Source: Selaginella moellendorffii
Taxonomy: Eukaryota > Plantae > Lycopodiophyta
DNA length: 64,000 nt
Assembly: GCF_000143415.4 (NCBI RefSeq)
Contig: NW_003314283.1
Coordinates: forward strand, 1,047,734 to 1,111,733
Direction of reading: 5' to 3'
Positions 12,979-28,450 of the stretch are shown in pieces. Each line of letters begins with the position of its first letter. Position 1 is the first letter of the stretch. The notes under the pieces are model-generated. The model was given only the letters and a program-made list of their open reading frames with translations. It had not been told where the DNA came from and ran no database searches. Both the position numbers and the translations under genes were made by a program.

Positions 12979-13396
12979 ATGGCGGCATTGGAGACACTCC
13001 CCGAAGACGCCGACACGAAGAAACGGGTGAAATCAATCGTTCCAGATCAGCTGATTCTTGCGTGATCATTCAGGATTCCTCTGCGGGTCATTGATCGAAA
13101 GCCCTCTTCTCTACGCGCCAAAGAAGAAGTTCCGTATTGAGGGACACGTTCGTGGCAGTGCTCACAGAGAACTTGAGGGGCCTGGTGTGTGTTCCAGAGA
13201 CGTCTCCGGGCATTGCCAGGGAATCGGCCAATTCTCAGCCAGATCTGGAATTCGAGAGGTACAAGCTCGTGGTGAGGGGGCAGAGCATGCAAATGGAGTC
13301 GCGACGCTTCTCGAGACTGAGGATTACACGGAGGCGACCTACAACGATGGCAATGTCTTTGGCGTCGGCGTCGTGCTTGGAATATTCTTGCTCTAA
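12979..13396 (+). pseudogene. Inverted, deleted duplicate of the Tctex-1 gene
   Basis: Colinear with the reverse complement of about 3900-4505, including intron 1 and 3' UTR. Acceptor CAG changed to CGG, plus several internal deletions and frameshifts. Confidence 0.88.
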
Positions 13397-13771
13397 TCGA
13401 CGACTCAACAGCGATCGATTGGGCAAGCTCTTCGTTATCGAAAGAGAGAGGAAGAAGACAGACGAATATGCGGGTATCTCATATGCGGACAAAGATACTA
13501 GGCGCGTGGAGAGCACGTGTTTATCATCCCCTACCTAGGGCAAACATTTCTTTAAGAAAATTCTCCTCTCATTGCTCCGGACTCTCGGCTATGGCGATAA
13601 TATTTCTAGTCCACGAGCGCCAAATCTTCGATCCAAGAAGCTGCCGCTGCGAGATCGAGCAAGATTAGCTCGCCGCGGCTGAGGTATAGAGATCGGCATT
13701 CTAGGATTGAGGAGGATCGACAAATCGGGATCGGAATTTCTCGCATCGATCGATAGCGCGGCGCTGCGGCG

Positions 13772-15343
13772 ATGTATTTCGTCACGGATCGAGGATGGGC
13801 AATCCTCCTGATGCTCTGCTCCTTGTGGTGCCTCGGGACCTGGCCGATCTTCTTCAACATCGCCGAGAGGAGAGGAAGGCTGCCACAGCACACCTACATT
13901 GATTACGCCATCAGCACCTTCGCGGTGGCAGTGATCTTTGCGTTGACCCTGGGGCAGATCGGGGATAGCGATCCAAGCGCTCCCAATTTCATCCAGCAGC
14001 TCTCTCAGGTATATGGCTTTTTCTTTCCCGGCATGAATTCTAAGGATGTACGACAGGATAATCTTCCTTGTGTGCTTATAGCTATGGCTGGAGGCATCGC
14101 CCTCTGCCTGGGCAATATTTGTATGCAATACTCGCTGGTGTTCGTGGGGATCTCTATCACGGAAGTCATATCCGCGAGCTTGGCAGTCATCTTTGGTAAG
14201 CTAGCTCCATCGACTTTCTTTTCTTCCCTGTGATGGTTTTGTGTGATTTATTTTGCTTGTCTTCTTCGATCAAAGACGTTTTTGGTTGCGTTCTTCAAAT
14301 ATGTGTGATTTATTTTTCTTGCGTTCTTCGAAGATTGAAGTACTGACTTATTTCTAGGAACGACTGCGAACTACTATCTGGACAATTGCTTGAACTCTGC
14401 TAGAGTTCTCTTCCCGGGAGTTGGGTGCTTCGTGATCGCTGTTCTGCTAGGATCTTTCTGTCACGCATCAAATGCAAATGATAGAACGGCGAGGTTGGGC
14501 CCAAGCAATCCCAGGTGAGATTAAAGTCACTTTCCAGTTAAGCGACATTTACATATTGTATGTGGACTTTTTAGGTGCGAGGCTGAGCAAGATCTTCACA
14601 CGAACCTTCTAAAGAGCTGTAAGCTTTTCTCGTTCTTACTATTTCGATTTTGATAACGATATCTAGCATGTTAATTTGATTCAGCTCTGGTGGACCTCAT
14701 TGCGACAGAAACATCAAGCTCTTTTATGGACTTGGAAGAGCAAAGAGCAGTGAAGGTATGTACTATGACTTCTAAAACTGTCAAACTTGATCAAAATGGA
14801 TTTTTTCCCTTCATCAAGGTCAGAGATTCCAGCGTCATGTTTGGACTCGTCCTGGCCTTCATCACCGGGATGTGCTACGGCTTCTTCTCGCCGCTGTTCA
14901 ACATCGCCACCAACGATCAGTTCCACTTGCTCAATCCTCAAGTCCCACACCTGGTAATCTACACAAGTTTCTTCTACTTCTCCACGGCATTCCTGGTGCT
15001 CGGAGTGCTCATCAACGTCTACTTGCTCTACTATCCGGTGCTCGGCCTACCTAAGTCCTCACTCTCGGCCTACCTCTCGGACTGGAAAGGCCGGGAGCTG
15101 GCGATCCTGGCAGGATTGGTGTGTGGTTTCGGGAATGGTTTCCAGTTTATGGGAGGACAGGCAGCAGGATACGCCGCCGCCGATGCTGTCCAGGCGTTAC
15201 CACTGGTGGGAACGCTGTGGGGAGTGCTCCTCTTTGGTGAATACCGTGGTAGCTCACACAGGACGCTGGCGTTACTAGTGTCCATGCTGGTGATGTTCTC
15301 GGTGGCAGTGGCTCTTCTCATTGCATCCGCGAGAGAAAGGTGA
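13772..15343 (+). CDS. UPS: Ureide permease (UPS family)
   Basis: LGTWP..ERRGRLPQHTYIDY, NFIQQLSQ|DN, FSPLFNIATNDQFHLL, GFGNGFQFMGGQAAGYAAADAVQALPLV motifs; multi-exon. Confidence 0.93.
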
Positions 15344-15712
15344 TTAAGTGGCCTGAAAATAACTCTATGGATTTGGTTCATTCTTTAGCTTCCCAGGTGG
15401 GAAGAACACTGTATCGTATCACACATTCTTGCCGATGTAAGAAAGCTCGATCTCCTCGAATTTAAGTAAAACCAGGAGTTTACTCCCGGTCGATTCTTAT
15501 ATATCATTTCCAAGCTTGATTTTTCGTATAAAAATTGATTTTTTATCAATAAAAAGTCAAGATTTAGCTTAGTAAAACTTGATTTTTCATACAAACTTTG
15601 AGTTTTACCAAAAAAAAAACTCAAGCTTTTTGTTTAAAAACTTGAATTTTTACCAGTAAAAAGTGAAAGATTGATACAAATGTAGCTCTTGCGATCCCGC
15701 TTTCATCAGCTT

Positions 15713-15786
15713 GCTTTCATAGCTCAGTTGGTTAGAGCACCCGTTTAGTAAGCGGGAGGTCCTGAGTTCAACTCTCAGTGAAAGCA
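15713..15786 (+). tRNA. trnT-AGT: tRNA-Thr(AGT)
   Basis: Cloverleaf with GCTTTCA/TGAAAGC acceptor, anticodon arm CCCGT-TTAGTAA-GCGGG, T-loop GTTCAAC; T-run terminator follows. Confidence 0.96.
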
Positions 15787-16215
15787 TGTTTTTTTCGCTC
15801 GCATTGTGGGCCGGCATTATTGGTGCAGTGGTTATTCTTTTTTTTTTTTCCTTCGCAACAGTTGAATATTCCTCCTCATCCGGTGGCAGTAGCTCCCATT
15901 TTTGCCATTGTGTGGAGGCGAGGGCATCTAGGGCTTGGGCGCGGCGCTGCCGCTTCATCGATCATCCACTCCGCGATCACAGATCTGGTAGAGTACTGCA
16001 CATTCTCGTCGATTTCGCTGCTTTGGCCTTGATTTCTTGCAAAGGTTCCTCCAAAATCTCCCTGTTTGAGCTTTGTCGGCGTGTTTGCGTGGTCACTGTT
16101 GTGGATTTTGGCTGTTGCTCGCTAGCAATTAGAAATTCTCATCGATCTTGCCGTCTTGCTCATCTCAAAACCTGTTTTGTCTCGGTTCTTTGCAGGCGAT
16201 TTTCTCGTGGCGAGC

Positions 16216-17268
16216 ATGGAAATCTGCGCAAGAAATCTTAGCACTGTCCAACAGCCCTTGGCGGCGCTCAGTAGCATGGAGACTAACGAAAGGAGGAGGT
16301 TTAGACCAGGAATTTTTGTAGACAAGCTGGAAGACGAGGTCTTTTGTCCAAAGCCTCGCCGTCCTTGTAACTCGGGTCGTCGGCAAAAGAGGTAAGACTT
16401 CTTGTGTTTTCTTTGTTCTTTCTTACTCAGTTCTTTCTGTTTTCCTTGATCCAGCTCAACACCTCGTAGTAGTGACGCGGGATTCGAAATCCTGGACATT
16501 TTTTTGAGTAAGGTACTTGATTTCTTCCTCTTCTTCTTCTTTGTTCGTAAGTCTGTTCTTCCTTCTCTTGATCGCTGAAAGTTTCTGTTTTTTTTTCTTG
16601 TTCTCTTGCTCTTAGACGAACAAATTCACAGATTTGAAAGCATGTTTCCTTCTGTCAAGTTTTTCTCCACTGCCGGCTTTCATTTTCCTAAGCTCGGTTT
16701 TCATGAGTCTTCGATTTCTTCGTATGCCGAGTCTTTTCCGCTACTAAAACTTTTGGTTGATCGCTGAAAGTTCCGTTTTTTTCTTGTTCTCTTGCTCTTA
16801 GACAACCAAATTCATGAATTTGAGAGCATGTTAATGTGAAAGCATTTTTGCTTCTCATACCATGTCAAGTTCTTTCGTCTTTCATTTTCTGAAGCTTTCA
16901 TGACATTTTTGAGTCTTCGGTTTCTTCGGAGTCTTTTCCGCTACTAAAGCTTCTTCCAGCGTTTTGTTTCTAACCAGCGCCGTGCTCGTTTACAGAGTAG
17001 CTATGGCGAGCCATCGAACTTTGGTTGCTCTCCACCTTATTTTTCCGGCTCACCACCGACGCGAGCAGGCAATCCCCTGGTTCGCGATGTACAGTTTGGT
17101 CGCCAAAGGCCACCGCCCGCCATAACTCCGTCGTCAACAACACCATCAACAGGAGGCCGTTCACAGCAGACTGCTCACGCTCGAGAGGCTTCTCGTGGAT
17201 CCAGCCCCTGCATCCGAGTGGAAGGTTTTGCTTCCACTGGTGCGGACATCGTCTCAGCCATCGCTTGA
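16216..17268 (+). CDS. Conserved plant protein of unknown function (CPKPRR / GSPP.RA.NPL / RVEGF family)
   Basis: Three-exon model gives VFCPKPRR..AGFEILDIFLSK|..SPPYFSGSPPTRAGNPLVRDVQF..CIRVEGF, motifs I recall from an uncharacterised land-plant family. Confidence 0.75.
16567..16950 (+). repeat. About 190-bp diverged tandem duplication inside intron 2
   Basis: TTGATCGCTGAAAGTT..CTTGTTCTCTTGCTCTTAGAC and GAGTCTTTTCCGCTACTAAA each occur twice about 190 bp apart. Confidence 0.8.
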
Positions 17269-17889
17269 GCGAAAACAATTCTTTCGGATCGATCGTCGCC
17301 GAAACTCCATCGACTACTTATACAGGTGTGTGTCCTGGTCGAGAGGTGTGAGAAGCTGTTTTTTTCTTCCTCTTTTTTTTCACTTCCATTTTTCTTCTTC
17401 CAGTTTGTTTTTTGCTTTGTTTTTCCTTGCTTCCTTCCGGGCAGGAACAGGCAGTGAGAGAGATCATCCAGATTGAGAAGCAGCACAATCAAAGACCATC
17501 GTGCTGTGCTCGGCGAGAAAAAATTTTGGCCGGAACTTTGCCAGAGAGAGAATTGAGAGAACAATCCTTTTTTTTTTTGCTTTCTAGTGTACAAAGAAGT
17601 GAGTGGTTTTGACAGATTTTTCGTTTTTCCCGTTATTTCTTCTGCTGATGTACATGAAATTCTATGTAATTAAACTGACTTGTGGTACTTGTGATCAAGA
17701 CTATCTTGTACAGTTGTTTGTATTAAAGTTAAACTTGCTTAGATATAATTAATCTTTTTATTTAGACTAAACAGCCAATGCAATGCGAGGGTGCCACGTG
17801 TCACGACACTGTCAGCAAAATGTAGCTAGCTTTGGAAGGAAATAGGGTTCTTGCGCGGTGGATTCTTGTTTTGTTGTTTATTTGCTGCG

Positions 17890-19483
<1,594 letters not shown>

Positions 19484-19659
19484 CTCCCAAGTAAGATGCA
19501 CATATTTGACAGTACTGGACTCACGCTCATTTAGTCGTGTACAGCCTCGTGCAATCACGCTATTAGAGTGCCACAAAAATTGGATTACATAAGGAAGACT
19601 CGAAACATGGTCATTCAGGTTATTGGGCTCCTTTTGTTTTTTCTAATATACTTTCCAGG

Positions 19660-20400
19660 ATGACACTTAGTTTCTTCCATGCAATGCTGGTTATCTCCTT
19701 ACTTTCTCTCTTCTTTCCAGACCATTTTCCTTCTAAATGCTATTCATCGCCAACCCCAGCTCCAAGTCCATCTCCAGTTTTTCCAGCTCCATCTCCTATC
19801 TATCCATCTCCATCTCCAGTCTCCCCAGCTCCAGCTCCAGTATCTGCATCTCCATCTCCACTCTCTCTGGCTCCAGCTCCTATCTCTCCCTCTCCAGTCT
19901 CTCCCGCTCCAGCTCCAGTCTCTCCGGCTCCAGCTCCTATCTCTCCAATTCCATCTCCACTCTCTCCGGCTCCAGCCTCTCCATCTCCATCTCCACTTTA
20001 TCCGGCTCCAGCTTCTCCAGCTCCAGTCTCTCCAGCTCCACTCTCTCCAGCTCCAGCCTCTCCAGCTCCATTTTCTCCATCTCCGCTTTCTCCAGCTCCA
20101 GGTCCAGTCACTCCATCTCCATCTCCTGCTCCAGTCTCTCCAGCACCATCTCCAACTTCTCTAGCAGCCTCCCCGGTTCCATGTCCGACCTCTCCAGTTC
20201 CATCTCCAACATCTCCAAAGTCGATGTCGAAGACATCATTTCCTTGGAGAGATTGGCCCAAGGAGATGGTGAGACGTCAACGCACTTGGGCTGTTCCATC
20301 TCCAGCTCCAGCCATCACTCCAGCACCCTTCACTGTTCCACCTCGTCGAGATGGTCGCGGAGGATGGAGACGTACCCTTGGACAGCCACTACGTATGTAA
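19660..20400 (+). CDS. Secreted Pro/Ser/Ala-rich arabinogalactan-protein-like HRGP
   Basis: Hydrophobic N-terminus, then SPAPAP/SPSP repeats and a basic C-terminal tail. Confidence 0.75.
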   Translation: MTLSFFHAMLVISLLSLFFPDHFPSKCYSSPTPAPSPSPVFPAPSPIYPSPSPVSPAPAPVSASPSPLSLAPAPISPSPVSPAPAPVSPAPAPISPIPSPLSPAPASPSPSPLYPAPASPAPVSPAPLSPAPASPAPFSPSPLSPAPGPVTPSPSPAPVSPAPSPTSLAASPVPCPTSPVPSPTSPKSMSKTSFPWRDWPKEMVRRQRTWAVPSPAPAITPAPFTVPPRRDGRGGWRRTLGQPLRM

Positions 20401-20537
20401 AGACACTTTTGACTGAAAAGTTGGCAAAAAAGAACGCATGAAAGCCCCAGGGTTGCTTCAAGCACAATCCCTTGTGAGCCAAGGAAGAAAACCAAGCACC
20501 AAAAACAAAACATAAAAAAAAACAAACTTTCCTCCCG

Positions 20538-23509
<2,972 letters not shown>

Positions 23510-25161
23510 TCAGCCAAGGTTGCAAACTTATATATTGGAAATCTTTTCCCCCGTGTTTCGCAAGCAACGAACATGTTACGTTTAAAGCTCGCTGCTGTTT
23601 GCTGTTTGATTGTCTCCTTTTACTTTTCCTCTGTGATTTTTTTTTCCTTTTTTGCTCGGAAAACATATATAAAAACGATAGAGAGACAAATTTGCATGTC
23701 AATAACTGTGGCATGATCAAAGCAAATCGCCCATCGAGATTTCAGGATTAGTTGCTACCGTTACCAAAGCGCGAAAAAGAAAAAACTTGATATTTTGGTT
23801 TTCTGGTGGAAAGCCTCGCGTCACAGGTGGTATAGTTTTTCCCCCGCCGCCCCCGCGCGTGTTCTTTGCGTTGATCGAGATCACGGGGCCGTACAGAGAG
23901 CCTGAGAGCCTTTTCCTGCGAGACCCCTCGTACGGAGGCCAGAACATGGCGGGCATGTGACACAAGGTTGAAAATTTTGGAAGTTTCGCTCAGACTTTGG
24001 CCACCGTCGGGCAGACAAAACAGACGAGATCATTTCACGACGCTCGCAGCTTTCACACCTCTTTTATTTTTATAATTCTATTTTGTTTTCTTTATTTACG
24101 GTTGACTTTATGTGTTTGACTTATTGTTGTTGTAAAAAAATAGATATAAATTGTAACTTGGTCAGCAACACACTAAAAAGCCAACGCATTCAAGAGCCAT
24201 GGTAATTTTCGAGAATTATTCAAATGAAATAATATGAAATAAAAATGTTATTTTTTCTAAGCACCACCGTACCACCACACAATGTTTTAGATCGTGCATT
24301 GGTTTGACATTTTTGTAAGGCATTAAGTGCCACCATGTGTTTTGATTCGGTCTATAATATTCTAGATTTTAAATTCTCCTGTGCTCGCCAATGCACACCC
24401 CACTGATCAGACAAAGATGCAAGCAAAGTTTACGTAGAGCAAAAATTCGAGGAAAGAATTAAAAGGATGAAAGAGCAAAAGCCACAGCGGTGTCTTTGAA
24501 GACAAAGGAAGCAAGCACACTGACATGGGAATATCTCAGAAACAAAGAAAAGATTCGTAGCGTAGCATCGTGTTGGACGCTATAATTTCTTTGGCGCACG
24601 GTAGCGACCGGCTTTGTCAAAAGATGCACGCCTTGGAGCAGTGAAAATGGAGAAGTTTCCACTGTGATCTCAATCGACCGAGTCGACCGATACAATTCAA
24701 ACCGGAGCTCTGGCAAAGGCTGACGCATCTTGACTTGGGCGATCGATCTACATCGGTGGAAACTCGCGAGCCCGACTGTAGAAGCACGATGAATAGATCT
24801 GGGATTAGTTTAAGCCGCTTAGGAAGCTTCCCGGATTAGAGAAAAGGAAGAAACTCGATGAATCTAAAAAGCAACAAAAACCAGACCTTCGGCAGCAACG
24901 CAAGTTCACACAACTTTGATCGTTTGATGGAAACGGTACTTTATCTCTCTTTTCTCTTCTTTTTTTTTCTTCTGTAAAGCGAGACTTAGATCGGCACCGA
25001 TCTGCAAAGCAGCTTTCAAACAGAGAGAGAGAGCCAACATAAAAAATAAAATAAAAACTCAAGAACTCTACTTAGAAGAAACATATACAGCAAGCTTTTC
25101 TTCTTCACCTTTGTCTATCAGACCTGATTGACGCGATCGTCGAGATTATAGCGGATGATCT

Positions 25162-25999
25162 TCACGAGCAGCCGAAGCAGTTGCAGGAAACCGGAGTGAA
25201 GGAGCAAAGGCCGAATGGGACCCTTCTCAGCGAGCAATTGATGTTGTAACAGCATCCTGTTAGAAAGCAATACTTCCTTGTCTGGTCCGTGCAGCACGTA
25301 CATGGCGCGCACTCACGAAAATCTCCCAGCCTCCTCCTCCTGGCACTGCTGTTATTGAAAGCCTCATAACGAATGCCTGACGCTGGAAACGTATCACCCG
25401 GGGCACTTTGATTGGAAGCTAGCGGAATTTGGCTAGAGCTAGACTCGCACTGCAGAGAACAAAGAGAAAAGATCGAAAACGAGAAAGTGTGAGTGACAAA
25501 AAATGGGTGGTTTTTTAATGCGAGACACAGTCAACCAACAACAACAGAGATCATAGCTAAACACCTGTGTCAATCGATAGGAAAAAATACAAAAGAAAGA
25601 GAGAAAGCAAACGAATAAAAGCATGTAACATCTCCTAGCTACCTCTGACCAACAGCGCAACCTCTTTATGGCGTGAAAGCCCAGCAATTCTAAACAAAGC
25701 TTAAGAACTATTAGAATATAGCATGCGACGCGAGCAAGAAATCCAGTCAATCCAGGCGGAGAAAAGCGAGAAATCCAAGGAAGAACACAAGGCAAACACA
25801 CAGATCATACTATAATTTAGTACTCTACCTGTGCGATTCCTTGCGATTGCGCTCCATCTAGCCGCATCGGGAAACCAATCGGTGAAATATTCACGAAATG
25901 TAGCTTAGATTTCTTACCTGTGAGAGCGGGACTCGCGAGCGCGATCGAAATCACAATGGCCGGCAGCAGCAGCTGCCGCCACAGCAAGCACCGCGCCAT
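25162..25999 (-). CDS. Secreted Cys-rich protein (RRRL + CxxCxCC..CCYxINC..PFGxCSFTPxxCNCFGC family)
   Basis: Phase-consistent exons 25999-25918, 25857-25829, 25449-25162. Signal peptide; C-terminus RRRRLGDFRECAPCTCCTDQTRKYCFLTGCCYNINCSLRRVPFGLCSFTPVSCNCFGCS. Confidence 0.85.
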
Positions 26000-26377
26000 A
26001 CAATCGCCGCGAGCGCGCCGCGAAACCTAGAAATCCTCGAGCGCCGCTGCCAATGCTGCCAATAGCTTTCCAAGAATCTGCCAGTGCATTGAACTGAGCA
26101 TTGCCGGAGGTGGAATCTACACAAAGAATGGCGCACCGAGGGAAGAAATCGCGCTGTGGATGGAAGCCGCCTTGCCGCGCCTCACCTCTCTTTCCCTCTC
26201 GAGAACGAAAAACAAGCAAGTGAGATCCAACGTCATCCAGGCATGACACGCACACTAAAAGTAAAATGACGTGGCTCAACAGAGAGCGTCCGATGAGGCC
26301 AATTAATACAGGTAGGAAACATTTACTCTGCATTTATCAAAGTCATCTACGTAATGCTTGCTTTCTTAGCACAAGCT

Positions 26378-26421
26378 GACGGTTTGGCCGAGTGGTCTAA
26401 GGCGTTGGATTTAGGCTCCAA

Positions 26422-26452
<31 letters not shown>

Positions 26453-26457
26453 CGTCA
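26378..26457 (+). tRNA. trnL-TAG: tRNA-Leu(TAG)
   Basis: GACGGTT/AGCCGTC acceptor, TGGCCGAGTGGTCTAAGGCG D-arm, TTGGA-TTTAGGC-TCCAA anticodon arm, long variable arm, GTTCAAATC T-loop. Confidence 0.96.
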
Positions 26458-26589
26458 CTCCCAATTGGTTATTATTATTTTTTCAAGTTCTTCTCGTGGT
26501 GTCACGTGAAATCTCTTCCTGGTATAAAACAAACCATTTGTAGTCCATCCCATTTATATGGTGACTTTACGACTCAAATCCCAGCAGCT

Positions 26590-27075
26590 ATGGCGATCTT
26601 TAAACCTTTGTTTGTGCTGTCGATCCTTACGCTGCTAGTCGCAGGTTCTCTCTTTTTTAGTTTTCCAATTATCTTACTCGATTTGCTTCGTGTTCTTCCC
26701 AGACACCACGGCAAAGATCTGGTTTCTAGATCACTTTGAAAGAACAAACAATTACCGAGAGGAGCGGCCGGTGAGTATCGAAAACCACGCGATCTCTGTT
26801 GATAAAACTTCGATCCAGAACCGGAAGCTAGCAGGGACGGACCAGTTAAGAGACTGTAAGTAGCAAACACTCACTTTTGAGTTGGCTAGAGATTTTCTCC
26901 GCTTGCTGTAGTTTGCTCTATCCGGCCAAAATGTATACCTACAGGAGCATACGTCGAGTGCATCAATGGAGGACGACTTGGATGCAAGTGTACCTGGATT
27001 TCACGTTGCGTCCCCGCTGCTTCCGAGTGCTACTTCCACACCAGTAAGAAAAACTTCACGTCCTGCGGGTTCTAG
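26590..27075 (+). CDS. Four-exon secreted 8-Cys peptide precursor
   Basis: Exons about 26590-26644, 26703-26770, 26819-26855, 26912-27075, all GT-AG and phase-consistent. Product MAIFKPLFVLSILTLLVADTTAK..ERPNRKLAGTDQLRDFCSIRPKCIPTGAYVECINGGRLGCKCTWISRCVPAASECYFHTSKKNFTSCGF. Confidence 0.78.
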
Positions 27076-27110
27076 CCTCGAGAAAACGAAGCTCTCTGGC
27101 TGATGACTCC

Positions 27111-27912
27111 TTAGTTTGGATGGAGCTTGTTGGAAAACTTGACATCGGGTCCATATTTCTTGAGCAGCGTGTTGTAAGCCTTGAGCTGGCTAGCCTCGTA
27201 TTCTTGAGTCTTGGGATCTGCCATTAGCGTCAGGGAGAACGATATACCTCGCAGTGATATGAACTGGATGATGTAGTATGGAACTCCCAAAACTTTGTCT
27301 TGCTTAAACGACGCCGTCGCAACTCTCCTGACGTACATGGTCATTTCTTGCTTGCCATCGTCGTGTACCAGGCAAGCGTCCCAGGCGTCCTCTTCGGCGT
27401 CGCTGTAGCGAAACATCTCCATCGGGGTCCTCGTTTTCCACTGCCCAGTGTGTGTATTAATGTAAAGGTGGACCTACAATCACGAAAAAAAGAGAGCTTT
27501 TAGAAAACAACATCGCTGATCCCCAAGAAAAAGAGAATCAAAGGATCAGCCTCAGTAAAGGACTTTGTTAGCTCCATCGCTAGAGCTAGATTATCAGGAT
27601 AGATCATCAAGAGAGATCTTTTTTGTCGTCATGGGCAGATTCTAGTGGGCCAAAATCAAACAGCGACAGCCATACCTTTCCGAGTTCTCTCGCTTCCTCG
27701 AGAAAGTCCTGGACGCTGACCTCCGCGCCGGCATTTACCCTAGCGCTCATCGAAATCGCGGCATTCACCGCCGGAATCGCCCGACGCGAGAGCGCAAGAC
27801 ATTCAGCACGCCGATGGAGCAGCGCCGCTGATCCTGGCCTCGCGCAAGACAGAAACCCCTGGTGCGGCGCCGCAATGGGGGAAGCAAGCGCCAAGCCGCT
27901 CAATGCCGCCAT
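27111..27912 (-). CDS. Plastid-targeted ChuX/HutX-like (heme-carrier fold) protein
   Basis: Exons 27912-27676 and 27473-27111. Ala/Ser/Arg-rich transit peptide. Mature part (VQDFLEEARELGKVHLYI..YIIQFIS..EYEASQLKAYNTLLKKYG) resembles cyanobacterial ChuX/HutX proteins as I recall them (LKEFLEACETLG.LRLIV..YAIRFLD..EYE.GQV.AW..L.EKYG). Confidence 0.72.
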
Positions 27913-28450
27913 CGCCACTGTTTAAATAACAAAGCCCTAACAGAATGTTCTCTTTTTTCCGCTTACTTGACAGAGGATATGAGAATATACTACTAACGAA
28001 GAGAATCTTGGGACATTGTGTAACGTAGTTTTTACCTCGTGTGATCCAGCCTGGCTGGCCTTCAAAAGAGCGAGGCTTATAGTAAATCTTTTATTCCAAT
28101 CCATTGTCCTTTCGGCTTCTCTATAGTGGACACACTTACACACAAAGTTCTTCTCTGGAAGAGAGCTATGGCGGTTTGCGGCCAAACTAGGTAGAAAGAA
28201 AATGCGGCTTCTTCTCGAGGTAATCTAATCCGCTAGAGTGTTGGCGCGGCAGCTATCGATTCTTGAGTGTCTCTCACGCCTGACATCGCTGGAATGAGCG
28301 CCATTCAGTGCTGATCTCGAGCGCATTGTGGTGGAACAGGGTATGGCTGCCGCGATCATCATGTAGTGCCTCCGATTTCCAGTGATTTTTCTCGGATTCT
28401 CGACGGCCAGGGGCTGCTAGCACGATATTTCGAGAGATTTCCGGGGCTGA

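Noticed and set aside
15699-15712. GCTTTCAT duplicated just upstream of tRNA-Thr
   Set aside because: An 8-bp match is too short to imply an integration site or function.
24745-24800. Possible miRNA-like hairpin (GATCTACATCGG..CCGACTGTAG..CGATGAATAGATC)
   Set aside because: Short, bulged, competing pairings and no match to conserved miRNAs I recall.
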